64,000 nucleotides of DNA from Gemmatimonadales bacterium (GTDB lineage: Bacteria; Gemmatimonadota; Gemmatimonadetes; Gemmatimonadales; GWC2-71-9): assembly GCA_965248285.1 (NCBI GenBank), contig CBDFJJ010000005.1:121447-185446 (forward strand), in the 5' to 3' direction. The translations under genes were made by a program, and so were the position numbers. The notes beneath the pieces are model-generated. The model was not told the DNA's origin, made no database searches, and worked only from the letters and a program-made list of their open reading frames with translations. This document shows, in pieces, positions 26,477-35,808 of this stretch. Numbering within the stretch: the stretch's first letter is position 1; each line of letters begins with the position of its first letter.

Positions 26477-28890
26477 TGGGGCGGCCCTCGCGCACCGTCC
26501 CTGTCGTCCTCATTTCCGCGGCCACTCTCTCGTTCGAGGTTCTCCTCGTCCGCGCGTTCTCCATCCAGTACTTCAACCACTTTGCCTTCATGGCGATCGG
26601 GGTCGCCATGCTGGGAACCGGGATGAGCGGTGTGGTGATGGCCCTTGTGAAGACGAAGTCGCCCCCCGTGCTGGACCGATGGTTCATTTCGGCCACCGCG
26701 TTGTTGGGATTCGTGCTGATGGGGAGCCTGGTCGCCGTGGACGCCGTCCGACTCGAGCCGACCCAGTTGCTGTGGGATCGGGCCCAATGGCTGCGGCTTC
26801 CGATTGTGTACACGCTGCTCGCGCTTCCCTTCGGACTCGGGGCCACGGTCGTCCTCCTCGCCCTGGTGCGGGAACCCAACCGGTCGGGCCGCATTTACGG
26901 AGCGAGCTTTCTGGGCGCTGCATTGGGAGGGGTGCTCGCTTTCGGTGTCTCGGTCATCGCGATGCCGGAACGTACGCTCGCTCTGCCGCCCCTCTTGGCG
27001 GTGGTTGCGGCCGGGTTCGCAGTTGCGACACCACGTGCCTCGCGCGCTCAGCGTTTCGTAACGGTTTTGACGGCCGTAACGGTGATGGCGGGTTGGGTAT
27101 GGCCACCGTGGCACCTCGACGTCTCGCCGCACAAGGCCTTGCCGCAGATCGAGGCGATGCCGGGCGCGGAGCGCATCCTCGACCGCCCTCACCCAGCCGG
27201 ATGGGTGAGCGCGGTGCGGTCGCCGTCGTTTCGGTACGCTCCGGGTTTGTCGCTCGGGTATCGCGGTGACATACCCAACCCGACCGCGCTGTTTGTGGAT
27301 GGAGAGTTGGCAGGTGTCGTACTCGACTCCTCGGACGTTCCGGAGCTGTACGACTGGCTTCCCTCTGCCGCGGCGTATGCAGTTGGTCGTGCGCCAAACG
27401 TGCTGGTGTTAGGTGCGGGTGGCGGGTCCGAGGTCCGGAGCGCGGTGCATCACGGTGCGGAACGGATCACGGCGGTGGAAGGTCGACCCGGCGTCATCAG
27501 TCTTCTCCGCGCGTTGCAGGATCCGAGCCTCCAGTCCAACGGGCCGTCGGTGACGTGGACCGGCAGTGACGCGCGGAGCTACGTCGCCCGGACGGGGGAG
27601 CGTTTCGATCTGATTACGGTGCAACTGTCGGGGAGCCCGGGTGGACAGGCGGGCGGTCTCCTCTCACTCAACGAGGATTTCCGCCACACGGTCGATGCGT
27701 ATCGGGAATACCTCGACCTTCTCGCGCCGGGTGGAGTGCTGACGGTCAGCAGTTGGTTGACTCTCCCGCCGAGGCGAAGTGTTCGGACGGTGATGACGGG
27801 CGGCGCGGCACTGCGCGACCGGGGCGGGGGCGGGGGCGGGGGCGGGGGCGGCGTCCCCGAACGGAGCGTGTTGATCGTAAGGAGTTGGGCCACGGTGACG
27901 CTGGTGTTGAAGCCCGACGGCCTGACGGAGCGAGACGTGGCCGCCGTTCGAGATTGGGCGGAGCGGCGGCAGTTCGATGTCGACTGGTACCCCGGGATAA
28001 CGACACCGGCATCGGAGTTTCACTTTCTCGATGATGCCGTGTTATACAGCGCGGCTCGGGCCGTGGCGGACGGCGAAGCGGCGGCTCGAGCGTTCGCCGA
28101 TGCATATCCCTTCGACGTTACTCCTGTCACGGATGCGAGACCGTTTCCCGATCACTTTCTCCGGCCCGCCCGTCTCTGGACCGTGCTTCAGGCCGGCCCC
28201 GGCGGAGTCCTCCCCATCGCTGAGCTCGGCCTGGTGGCCGTGATCGCGACGTTGGCCCAGGGTATGATGCTTGGCGCGATCCTATTACTCGTCCCGGCGT
28301 GGGTGGCGTCGGCACGCCGGGGACGCGGTCTCTCCCTGCCGCTCACCCTGTACTTCGTGGCGATCGGACTCGGGTACATGCTGGTGGAAATCGCCGCCAT
28401 TCAACAGTTGACCCTGCTGCTCGGTCAGCCGGTCTACGCGGTTACGGCCGTCCTGGTCACGGTACTCGTCTGCTCGGGCGCGGGCAGTATCTGGTCGGAC
28501 CGGTTCGAGACGAGGCGGCTTCGGTGGGTGACGTTCGCCGTGGCCGCGACATGCGTGGTGTACAGCGCGATGCTGCTGCCGTTGGTGCACGTCACGCAAT
28601 CGCTCGGATTGGCGATCCGGGCGGCCCTCGCCCTCGCCGCGATCGCGCCGGCTGCCGTGCTCATGGGGATGCCGTTTCCCGTTGGCCTGCGGCGGCTGGC
28701 TGGTGATCATCCGGTCGACCGCGCGTGGGCCTGGGCCGCCAATGGGTTCGCCTCGGTCGTGGCCACGCCGCTGGCGATGCTGGTGGCGTTAGAGTTGGGT
28801 TCGAGAGCGCTGCTCCTGCTCGGCGCCGCCGCCTACGGCGTTGCTTCGCTGAAATTCGGGCCACGGATTGCACGGAAGAAAACAGAATAA
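26473..28890 (+). CDS. polytopic membrane protein fused to a spermidine-synthase-like methyltransferase-fold domain
   Basis: 805 aa with N- and C-terminal multi-TM regions. The central VLVLGAGGGSEVRSAV...ITAVEGRP...FDLITVQL resembles the aminopropyltransferase fold. Confidence 0.65.
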   Translation: MMGRPSRTVPVVLISAATLSFEVLLVRAFSIQYFNHFAFMAIGVAMLGTGMSGVVMALVKTKSPPVLDRWFISATALLGFVLMGSLVAVDAVRLEPTQLLWDRAQWLRLPIVYTLLALPFGLGATVVLLALVREPNRSGRIYGASFLGAALGGVLAFGVSVIAMPERTLALPPLLAVVAAGFAVATPRASRAQRFVTVLTAVTVMAGWVWPPWHLDVSPHKALPQIEAMPGAERILDRPHPAGWVSAVRSPSFRYAPGLSLGYRGDIPNPTALFVDGELAGVVLDSSDVPELYDWLPSAAAYAVGRAPNVLVLGAGGGSEVRSAVHHGAERITAVEGRPGVISLLRALQDPSLQSNGPSVTWTGSDARSYVARTGERFDLITVQLSGSPGGQAGGLLSLNEDFRHTVDAYREYLDLLAPGGVLTVSSWLTLPPRRSVRTVMTGGAALRDRGGGGGGGGGGVPERSVLIVRSWATVTLVLKPDGLTERDVAAVRDWAERRQFDVDWYPGITTPASEFHFLDDAVLYSAARAVADGEAAARAFADAYPFDVTPVTDARPFPDHFLRPARLWTVLQAGPGGVLPIAELGLVAVIATLAQGMMLGAILLLVPAWVASARRGRGLSLPLTLYFVAIGLGYMLVEIAAIQQLTLLLGQPVYAVTAVLVTVLVCSGAGSIWSDRFETRRLRWVTFAVAATCVVYSAMLLPLVHVTQSLGLAIRAALALAAIAPAAVLMGMPFPVGLRRLAGDHPVDRAWAWAANGFASVVATPLAMLVALELGSRALLLLGAAAYGVASLKFGPRIARKKTE
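27821..27851 (+). repeat. (GGGGC)n pentanucleotide tract inside the coding sequence (G-quadruplex-type motif)
   Basis: G4 C G5 C G5 C G5 C G5 C GG on the coding strand. Encodes RDRGGGGGGGGGVPER. Confidence 0.9.
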
Positions 28891-28968
28891 CGCGGTCTGA
28901 CTCGGCGGGGAGCAACGCTCACCGGCTTTCCTTCTTCCCGCACTAACAGTCAGACGACTCACCCGATT

Positions 28969-30126
28969 TCAGAAGTAGATCCGCCCCCTAAGAAAACCTC
29001 CGTTCCGTTGGGAACCGAACTCCGTCCCGCTGCTCCCGACGTACACTGCCCCGTTGAAGATCAAATCGACGTTTTGTGCCAGCGCATAGGTGACGGCCGG
29101 TATGAGGACGGCGCTCTGATCGTTCGGGTTGCCGATGGCGGAGGCGCCCAGGCTCCAGAGTTGGCCGAACGGGCGACTCACGAATCCGTACATTAGGAGC
29201 TTCCCCAACGAAGGGCGACCACCGAAGAGCCTGCCCAGCCACTGGTCGGTGGAGTAGGGGGCATTCGACTCACCGCGGCCGTTGTAGAAGGTCTCGAGAA
29301 GCATCAGCGTGCCATCGGCCAAACTGTAGTTGGCTCCAAACGTCGCCTCGACCCATCTCTCCCCCGAATGGTCCGACCATGCGGCCTCTGCCCACACGCC
29401 GAGCCCAAACAGTTCGCCGGTGATGTCGCCGCCAACCGTCCTACGGCGCGACAGTGGAGCGTTTGGTTGCCCGATGCCTGCTATGGCCGAAGGTTCGTAA
29501 AGCTCGGCGACGAGTGCGGACACATCGAAGCCGACAACATGGTGTCGAGCCCGAAAAACTTTTGCGCTCGTTTGGAATCCTCCCTGGAAAACCAGTGCGG
29601 CCGTGATATCACTGAGAGCTCCAACGGCGACTTTGGTCGCAATCGCCTCGACCCCCTCGCGATCGTAACTGGGCTGTAGAGCGTCCTTTGGCCGGAACAG
29701 CTCGGTGGGATTGAAGACGAACCCCGCTCCCCACGTGAGGTACTGTTTCCCGGCAACGATTTCAAACGGACCGGGTTGCACCGCAATGAAGACGTGATTC
29801 AGGAAGTTTTGGTCTTCGATCGTAATGGCGAAGGTGTCGGCGATCTGACTCAGCTCCTGGGGTAACACGTCTCGAAGCATGACGCGGGTGTCACCCCGAA
29901 AGAGCTGGTAGATGATCGAGGCCGATGCCCGGGCCCCCCGCCCCCCGCGAGCGTCGATGTCGACCCGGAGTCGGTCGTAGTCGAGGGTGGTCCAATCGCC
30001 GTTCGAGTAACTGGTGCTGAACTGGTGTTCAAAGTAGCCGGTGAAGCGGGCGTCCTGTCCTCGCGCCGTTGTCGTTCCACCTACCAGGAAAACCACGACG
30101 GCGCTGCCAAGCCGCCATCGAATCAA
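28969..30126 (-). CDS. putative outer-membrane beta-barrel protein
   Basis: Signal peptide MIRWRLGSAVVVFLVGGTTTARGQ. C-terminal ...GGFLRGRIYF ends in an aromatic residue. Coupled to the LolA-like gene. Confidence 0.55.
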   Translation of the reverse strand: MIRWRLGSAVVVFLVGGTTTARGQDARFTGYFEHQFSTSYSNGDWTTLDYDRLRVDIDARGGRGARASASIIYQLFRGDTRVMLRDVLPQELSQIADTFAITIEDQNFLNHVFIAVQPGPFEIVAGKQYLTWGAGFVFNPTELFRPKDALQPSYDREGVEAIATKVAVGALSDITAALVFQGGFQTSAKVFRARHHVVGFDVSALVAELYEPSAIAGIGQPNAPLSRRRTVGGDITGELFGLGVWAEAAWSDHSGERWVEATFGANYSLADGTLMLLETFYNGRGESNAPYSTDQWLGRLFGGRPSLGKLLMYGFVSRPFGQLWSLGASAIGNPNDQSAVLIPAVTYALAQNVDLIFNGAVYVGSSGTEFGSQRNGGFLRGRIYF

Positions 30127-30896
30127 GTACCACTCTCCAAATGGCGAAGGGTGAACACACGCTCGGGGACGGTAACGGCAAGCTCGAGTTCCAAGAACTG
30201 CATCTTGGTGCTCGTGTCGCTCTGGAGCGCGTTATTGAGTTCGATGGAGAAGGGGTACCATCGCTCTCCCAACTGGCGTACGTCACCCATAACCGCCGTC
30301 TTCAACAGCTTGCCGCTGCGGGCATAGCGCTCTTCCTTGAGCGGCACCCACCGTTCCATATCGACCCACATCCGTCGACTCTGGTACGCCAGATCATTTC
30401 GCTTCGCGGTGAGGTGCAATACGAGCGTCGGCCGGCCATCGAGGGTTTCTTCGCCTTCCAACGTGGCATCGTAATCGTCCACCATGCTCGGGTTCTCGCT
30501 GGCATCGCCGTATGAGAAATCACTGCCCATCAAACCCTGCCGCAGCATGTGGCCCTGGATGCGCACGCTTTTCCCCACGCGGGGAAGGAAGATCCACATC
30601 GCATCGCCGCGCCGAAGAAAGCGGCTTCCTGCGTCCCTCGCCGGCGAGATGAATTCCAAGAAGGACTGATCGGTGCCCTGCGCCCACGATTCGAACACGA
30701 GCTTGCGCACGTCGCCATCGCGGTACTGGATGGACATCTCGGCCTTCGTCCGCGCCGTGCGGATCGTCATGTTGGCATCGATGCGCTCGAGGATCTCCGC
30801 AGGCGTTATCTGAGCACCAGCAGCGGACGGGACCACGACGGACGCGGCGAGGGCAAGGCCCGACGCCCAATGCAATGCACTTCTCACGTTGTGCAC
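30123..30896 (-). CDS. outer-membrane lipoprotein-sorting (LolA-like) protein
   Basis: 257 aa with a signal peptide. The family is commonly encoded beside FtsX-type ABC permeases. GTG start at 30896. Confidence 0.6.
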   Translation of the reverse strand: MHNVRSALHWASGLALAASVVVPSAAGAQITPAEILERIDANMTIRTARTKAEMSIQYRDGDVRKLVFESWAQGTDQSFLEFISPARDAGSRFLRRGDAMWIFLPRVGKSVRIQGHMLRQGLMGSDFSYGDASENPSMVDDYDATLEGEETLDGRPTLVLHLTAKRNDLAYQSRRMWVDMERWVPLKEERYARSGKLLKTAVMGDVRQLGERWYPFSIELNNALQSDTSTKMQFLELELAVTVPERVFTLRHLESGT

Positions 30897-30913
30897 TCCC
30901 TCTCTTTCGTTAT

Positions 30914-30948
30914 CGTCTCACGTCTCACGTCTCACGTCTTACGTCTCA
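30914..30948. repeat. heptad array (CGTCTCA)x5
   Basis: cgtctca cgtctca cgtctca cgtctta cgtctca. Lies immediately upstream of the LolA-like gene and 9 nt from the IS481-like end. Confidence 0.9.
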
Positions 30949-30957
30949 CGGGACAAG

Positions 30958-32315
30958 TGTCAGAGGATGCAGGTCACTTGGGACGTGCTTCTTTGACAGG
31001 TAGTGCGTACGCACGTGACATATTGAGAATTGGCGATCATTCCTGAAAGCCATGACGAGGAAACCGATAGCGAACGGTCTGCAACAGGGGCTGCGACCCT
31101 GGTTCGCGCCGCCGCAGCGCGTAGAAGCGGATGCGGTTGGCGTCGAAATCGACCTCGGCGCGCACGAGACGATGGGACCAGCGCGGATCGACCCGCCAGG
31201 TATGCCCCAGCAGCTCGGCCGTTCCCTGCTCGCTGATGCGCCGCAGGAACACCAAGCGGCCGCGCGGGCGGGTCTGCAAGTCCAACGCCCACTCTTCGGG
31301 AAACGTCCGTCGTGGCGGGGCGGCCTCCAGGCGCGGTGCCGCACGGCGGCGGACTGCTGCCACGTAGCGATCCGAACGCTCCTGCAGGGCCGCGCGGGTG
31401 GGATGATGGAAACGGGCCCACACCTTGGCCTGCCACCGACCGTTGTAGCTTTCTACCGCCGCCTGGAAGCCGGTCTCGCGTGGCGGCGCGAACACGGGGA
31501 CGATCCCCAAACTCAAACACAGGCGCGTGACACGGCCGACGGTGTCAGGGAACTGATGCGCGCCCTGGAACCGGGTGTCGTTGTCGAACTGTGCATAGGC
31601 TGGCAGCCCGAACTGCCGCCAGTGCGTTACCAGGGCCTCGACGATAGTGGTGGCGCGGACGGGTGGACCGGGCCACGACGCGACCAATCCGCCGTGCAGC
31701 GAGATGCCGTTGAGCACTTCGACCTCGGTGCCACCCTTGATCACCAACCCTTCGACGATGTCAAAGCTGTCCAGCTCCGCACAGCCCGCGGCCACCTCAG
31801 GCAGATACCAGCCTCGGGGCGGTGGGGGGCGACGGATCCGCCGGCGACCGTCCAGCGCCCCGTGCCGGGCCAGGATGCGGCCGATCGTCCGCACCGCGGG
31901 GACGCTGCGATAGTGACGGTCGCGCATCTCGCGGTAGATGGCAGCGGCCCCGTACTCCCCCAGGTCGCTCGTGTCACGCAGCTCTCGCCACAGCGTCAGC
32001 ACGACATCTTCTACGGCCGCTTCCGTGCGATGAATCGTGTGCGCGAGGTGAGACCGGTCAGACCAATCGACTCGATCCAGCCGCTGGCCGCCGACGCGCT
32101 GCACCCACCGTTGCACGGTCTGGAGGCTCACGTGAAACCGGCGCGCCACCGCACGCAGCGAGGCACCCCGCCGAACCGCGGCAACCATCTTTCGACGTCG
32201 CTCCTCGGTCCGGCCTTTTTACGCACCTTGACCCCCGAACTAGTGTTTCGTTCAAATACTATAAACCACACTCCTGACCTGGATCCTGTGACACTCCGAC
32301 CTGCATCCTGTGACA
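30958..32315 (-). mobile_element. IS481-family-like insertion sequence
   Basis: Left end is TGTCAGAGGATGCAGGTC (30958-). The reverse complement of 32298-32315 is TGTCACAGGATGCAGGTC, with 1 mismatch. Single rve-type transposase ORF. Right boundary is ambiguous because the terminal 18-mer occurs three times. No target duplication recognised. Confidence 0.7.
31037..32188 (-). CDS. rve/integrase-core DDE transposase (IS481-like)
   Basis: 383 aa with an N-terminal HTH (ASLRAVARRFHVSLQTVQRWV). Candidate DDE residues lie in SFDIVEG, AQFDNDTRF and ESYNGRW. Confidence 0.8.
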   Translation of the reverse strand: MVAAVRRGASLRAVARRFHVSLQTVQRWVQRVGGQRLDRVDWSDRSHLAHTIHRTEAAVEDVVLTLWRELRDTSDLGEYGAAAIYREMRDRHYRSVPAVRTIGRILARHGALDGRRRIRRPPPPRGWYLPEVAAGCAELDSFDIVEGLVIKGGTEVEVLNGISLHGGLVASWPGPPVRATTIVEALVTHWRQFGLPAYAQFDNDTRFQGAHQFPDTVGRVTRLCLSLGIVPVFAPPRETGFQAAVESYNGRWQAKVWARFHHPTRAALQERSDRYVAAVRRRAAPRLEAAPPRRTFPEEWALDLQTRPRGRLVFLRRISEQGTAELLGHTWRVDPRWSHRLVRAEVDFDANRIRFYALRRREPGSQPLLQTVRYRFPRHGFQE

Positions 32316-32340
32316 CCTAGGTGACCTGGATCCTGTGGCA
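32276..32340. repeat. three direct copies of the IS481-like terminal 18-mer
   Basis: gacctggatcctgtgaca (32276-32293), gacctgcatcctgtgaca (32298-32315) and gacctggatcctgtggca (32323-32340). Spacing is 22 and 25 bp. Confidence 0.85.
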
Positions 32341-32345
32341 CTTAT

Positions 32346-32366
32346 CCTCTCACGTCTCACACTCAC
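32346..32366. repeat. remnant heptads (CCTCTCA CGTCTCA CACTCAC)
   Basis: Same heptamer family and orientation as 30914-30948, on the other side of the IS. Overlaps the permease stop codon. Confidence 0.6.
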
Positions 32367-33616
32367 GCTCGCAGCGCTTCCGCAGGCTTCATCTTAACGG
32401 CCCGCCGCGCTGGGTAAAGCGTCGCCAATCCACCCGTAAAGGCGCCGAGGGCCACGCAGACTACCGTGTGAATCGCCTTCCAGTCCGGATAGATGATGTT
32501 CGTCATCGGGAAGTCGATGTTGGCGCTCATCGCCTCCGTGAAGTCGAAACCCCGGAACTCGAAGAACGCCGCCGTGCCGGTGCCCAAGAGTCCACCGACG
32601 ACGGCGCCCGCCAGGCCAATGACCAGGCCCTCCGCCACGATCGAAAGCACGATGTCGCCGCTTCGCATTCCCATCGCCGCCTGGACACCGAACTCTTGGG
32701 TGCGCTCCATGACCGTCATAAGCATCGTGTTGATGATGATGAGGCCCGCCATCCCCAGCAGGAGTAAGAGGACCAACCCAAATACGGACTGTACGGTCTG
32801 GAGCGTTCGCACCAACGGCGCTTGGTCTCTCCACGACAACACCTCGAGGCCGCTGGGCACGACGGCCTTTAGCGCCGCTCGCAGCTCGTCCGCCAACAAA
32901 TCGGCCTGATCTGCATCTTCAGCAAAGACGACGATCTCCGTCGTTGCATCCTGCAGGTCCGCCAAGTTTTGTGCCTGGTCTAGGGGCACAAACATGATCG
33001 AGTTGTCGATGGCACCGATGCCAGACACGGCTAGGGCGGAAATCTCGAGGCGCAAACCGCCCAGGGATCGGTAGGCGGTCTGACCGAGCACGGTGACGGT
33101 GTCGCCGATACCGACGTCGAGCCGTTCCGCCAGACCCTTGCCGACCATCACGTCAGCATGCCCGGGGCGAGGGAGCGTTCCGTAGGCCTTCATGGCCGCC
33201 GGATCGTAATAGTCGGCTTCGCCATCCAGGTCCAGGCCAAGGAGCAGCGCCGGTCGATTCGAGGCGGTGCCGTCGACGAGCACCGACGTGCGTATTCGAG
33301 GAAGGGCCGCGGCCACCATCGGTTGCGCTCGGATGACGGGGAGCAGCTCCGACAGGTTCGAGAGGTGCAGGTGCATGGGCATGAATTGCTCGCGCTCGGT
33401 GTACCCCTCTTTCCGGATTCGCACGTGGCCCGACTCGGTCTTGGCGTAGTTGCCGAGCGCGTTGTCCATTATGCCACCCACCCAGGCCAACGCCATGATG
33501 CCGGCCGCGACGGCGACCGTCACCGCGGAGGCGGTGAGCAAGGTGCGGCGAATGTGGCGCTGCGCATTGCGCCAGGCCATGCGGAAGAGGGGGATCTTTC
33601 GCTGCCGTTCAAACAT
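32363..33616 (-). CDS. ABC transporter permease, FtsX/MacB/LolC-like
   Basis: 417 aa. N-terminal TM, large periplasmic domain and a C-terminal FtsX 3-TM bundle ending ...YPARRAVKMKPAEALRA. Confidence 0.8.
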   Translation of the reverse strand: MFERQRKIPLFRMAWRNAQRHIRRTLLTASAVTVAVAAGIMALAWVGGIMDNALGNYAKTESGHVRIRKEGYTEREQFMPMHLHLSNLSELLPVIRAQPMVAAALPRIRTSVLVDGTASNRPALLLGLDLDGEADYYDPAAMKAYGTLPRPGHADVMVGKGLAERLDVGIGDTVTVLGQTAYRSLGGLRLEISALAVSGIGAIDNSIMFVPLDQAQNLADLQDATTEIVVFAEDADQADLLADELRAALKAVVPSGLEVLSWRDQAPLVRTLQTVQSVFGLVLLLLLGMAGLIIINTMLMTVMERTQEFGVQAAMGMRSGDIVLSIVAEGLVIGLAGAVVGGLLGTGTAAFFEFRGFDFTEAMSANIDFPMTNIIYPDWKAIHTVVCVALGAFTGGLATLYPARRAVKMKPAEALRA

Positions 33617-34919
33617 GACGCAGGGCCTCGACGGGGGCGCTGCGCGCGGCGCGCGCCGCCGGATACCACGATGCCATTGCCGCCAGAACCCCGCTCAGGA
33701 CCCAGCCAAGTGGGATACCAACGGGTGCCAAGGCCGGGTAGATGCGATCCTTCACCGGGTACCCCAAGTCGATGTCGCCGTAGACGGCAGCGATGTCGAT
33801 GCCGCCCGACAGCGCGGCGACGATGGCGAGGGCCAGGACGGTGCCGATGGCCCCCCCGATCAGGCCGGTGAGGGCCCCCTCGGTCAGGAAAAGGGTCAAG
33901 ATGCCACGGCTCCGCATCCCCATCGCCATGAGCATGCCGATCTCGCGAGTGCGCTCATAGGCCGACATCAAGACCGTGTTGGTGATACCGACGACAGCTA
34001 GGATACCGAAGATCATCAGCATGACGGTGCGGCCTCCGCGTTTCGCCTTTACGAACGCCATGAAACCGTCCTCGACCTCACGCCACCCTTTGACTTCTAG
34101 CTGGCTCCCCCCTTCGAGGGCTCCACGGAGCCGGCGGAGCGTCGACGCTTCGCGAGCACGGCCGGCGAACCGGACGGCAATCTCCGTGGCGGCGCCGTCC
34201 ATGTCGAGCATGTATTGGGCAATTGGTAGGGGCACCATGAAGCTGTTGCGGTCGATCAGTGGATTGCCGGTACCCAGCAGCCCCTCGATGGGGAGGTCCA
34301 TCGCCTCGTAGGCGCCGGTCCGGGTCTTGGTCAGGACCGTGAGCCAATCGCCGACGCCCACGCCAAAGATCTGCGCGAGCCCGTTGCCCAGAAGGATGCC
34401 CTCGTCACCCGATAGGAACGCGCCATCGGTCACGGCCTGCGGGAGTCGAAAGACGTCCGAATCGCTCCCGACGATCTGGATGCCGACACCGAAGCACGGA
34501 ACCTGATCGACACCGTTGGACAGATGTGCCTGGAACGTCAGCCGGGGCGTGGCTGCTTCGATGCCCCTAATCGCCTCTACTCGCGCCAGCAGCGCGTCTA
34601 GGTCTTTCAGTTCATAGTCAAGCGGTAGCTCATCACGATTGGCGAAATAGTCCTGCGCGTAGACTTTGGCGTGTCCTGTCTGATAGCTGATCAAGTTGTC
34701 GTAGGACTGTTGCTCGACGCCCATGAGCAATGCGGACATGAGTTGCACCAACAACACGGCAACGGCTACCGTCGTGGCCGTGATCCATGTGCGCCGCCGG
34801 TTGCGGAAGAGATTACGCCAGGCCAGCCGGAGCGTACCCATCGCCGGCAGCGATCCGGGAATCGTCTCACGCGCCATGACCACCTCCGTTGCGGCGCTCG
34901 TCGGATTCAATTGCCCCAT
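33609..34919 (-). CDS. ABC transporter permease, FtsX/MacB/LolC-like (start uncertain)
   Basis: Paralog of the downstream permease, ending ...YPAARAARSAPVEALRHV. Possible starts at 34919, 34877 and 34841. Confidence 0.8.
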   Translation of the reverse strand: MGQLNPTSAATEVVMARETIPGSLPAMGTLRLAWRNLFRNRRRTWITATTVAVAVLLVQLMSALLMGVEQQSYDNLISYQTGHAKVYAQDYFANRDELPLDYELKDLDALLARVEAIRGIEAATPRLTFQAHLSNGVDQVPCFGVGIQIVGSDSDVFRLPQAVTDGAFLSGDEGILLGNGLAQIFGVGVGDWLTVLTKTRTGAYEAMDLPIEGLLGTGNPLIDRNSFMVPLPIAQYMLDMDGAATEIAVRFAGRAREASTLRRLRGALEGGSQLEVKGWREVEDGFMAFVKAKRGGRTVMLMIFGILAVVGITNTVLMSAYERTREIGMLMAMGMRSRGILTLFLTEGALTGLIGGAIGTVLALAIVAALSGGIDIAAVYGDIDLGYPVKDRIYPALAPVGIPLGWVLSGVLAAMASWYPAARAARSAPVEALRHV

Positions 34920-35577
34920 CGCGTAACCGTACGATACGGGTTGCGTGGCCCATGACGAGTGGATCGTGTGTGGAGAAGACGAAGGTCGTGCCCAAGTTTT
35001 CGTTCATCGATTGCATCAAGGCCATCACCTCTTCGGCCGTGGTGCTATCCAGGTTGGCGGTTGGTTCGTCGGCAAGGACGAGGGTGGGATCCTTGATCAG
35101 AGCCCGCGCCACCGCGACGCGTTGTTGCTGACCACCGCTCAACTCGGCGGGCCGGCGGTCCGCGATGTCGTTCAGCCCCACCTGCTCGAGGATTTTCTCG
35201 ACCCGGTCACGCCGTTCGTCCTTGTCGGTGACCCCCTGCAGCTGGAGTGGGAACTCCACGTTTTCGCGCAGCGTCAACACCGGGATGAGGTTGAACGTCT
35301 GAAAGACGAACCCGACGTGCGTGTTCCGAAAGTCGGCCAGCGTCTTGGAGTCCAATCCCTCGATCGACTCATCGCCGATCTCGACGGTGCCCGATGTCGG
35401 AGTGTCCAACGCCCCGAGCAGGTTGAGCACCGTCGTCTTGCCCGACCCCGAGGGGCCGGCAAGAGACAGAAATGCACCTTTTTCGATCTCCAGGCTGATG
35501 CCCCTGACGGCTTGCACCGTCACCGGGCCGACCTCGTAGGTCTTGTGAACGTCGATTAAGCGGGCAGAAGGGGTCAT
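34867..35577 (-). CDS. ABC transporter ATP-binding protein (LolD/MacB-type)
   Basis: Walker A GPSGSGKTT, signature LSGGQQQRVAVARAL and Walker B LVLADEPT. Confidence 0.9.
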   Translation of the reverse strand: MTPSARLIDVHKTYEVGPVTVQAVRGISLEIEKGAFLSLAGPSGSGKTTVLNLLGALDTPTSGTVEIGDESIEGLDSKTLADFRNTHVGFVFQTFNLIPVLTLRENVEFPLQLQGVTDKDERRDRVEKILEQVGLNDIADRRPAELSGGQQQRVAVARALIKDPTLVLADEPTANLDSTTAEEVMALMQSMNENLGTTFVFSTHDPLVMGHATRIVRLRDGAIESDERRNGGGHGA

Positions 35578-35808
35578 GCGTCAGCTCCTCGGGATGCGGT
35601 CACCCGTCCTCGGCGGCCTTGCCGGCTAGCGGTGAAACTACCGCCCACACAGGCGGCGTGAAAGAGCCCGGTCGCCAGCAGAGGTAGCGAGTACTGGATA
35701 TAGTGTTTTCTAGTGTAAAAGGTCCGGTCACGCCCTCTCTTCGCCCACACACAAACAGCCTGTGTATCGCCCCAGGGTTCTTGGACAGTGATTTGAAGGT
35801 AATCATTT

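Noticed and set aside
28896-28955. 8-bp inverted repeat gtctgact / agtcagac between convergent genes as a terminator
   Set aside because: The stem is short, the loop is about 44 nt and there is no U-tract on either strand. Too weak to call.
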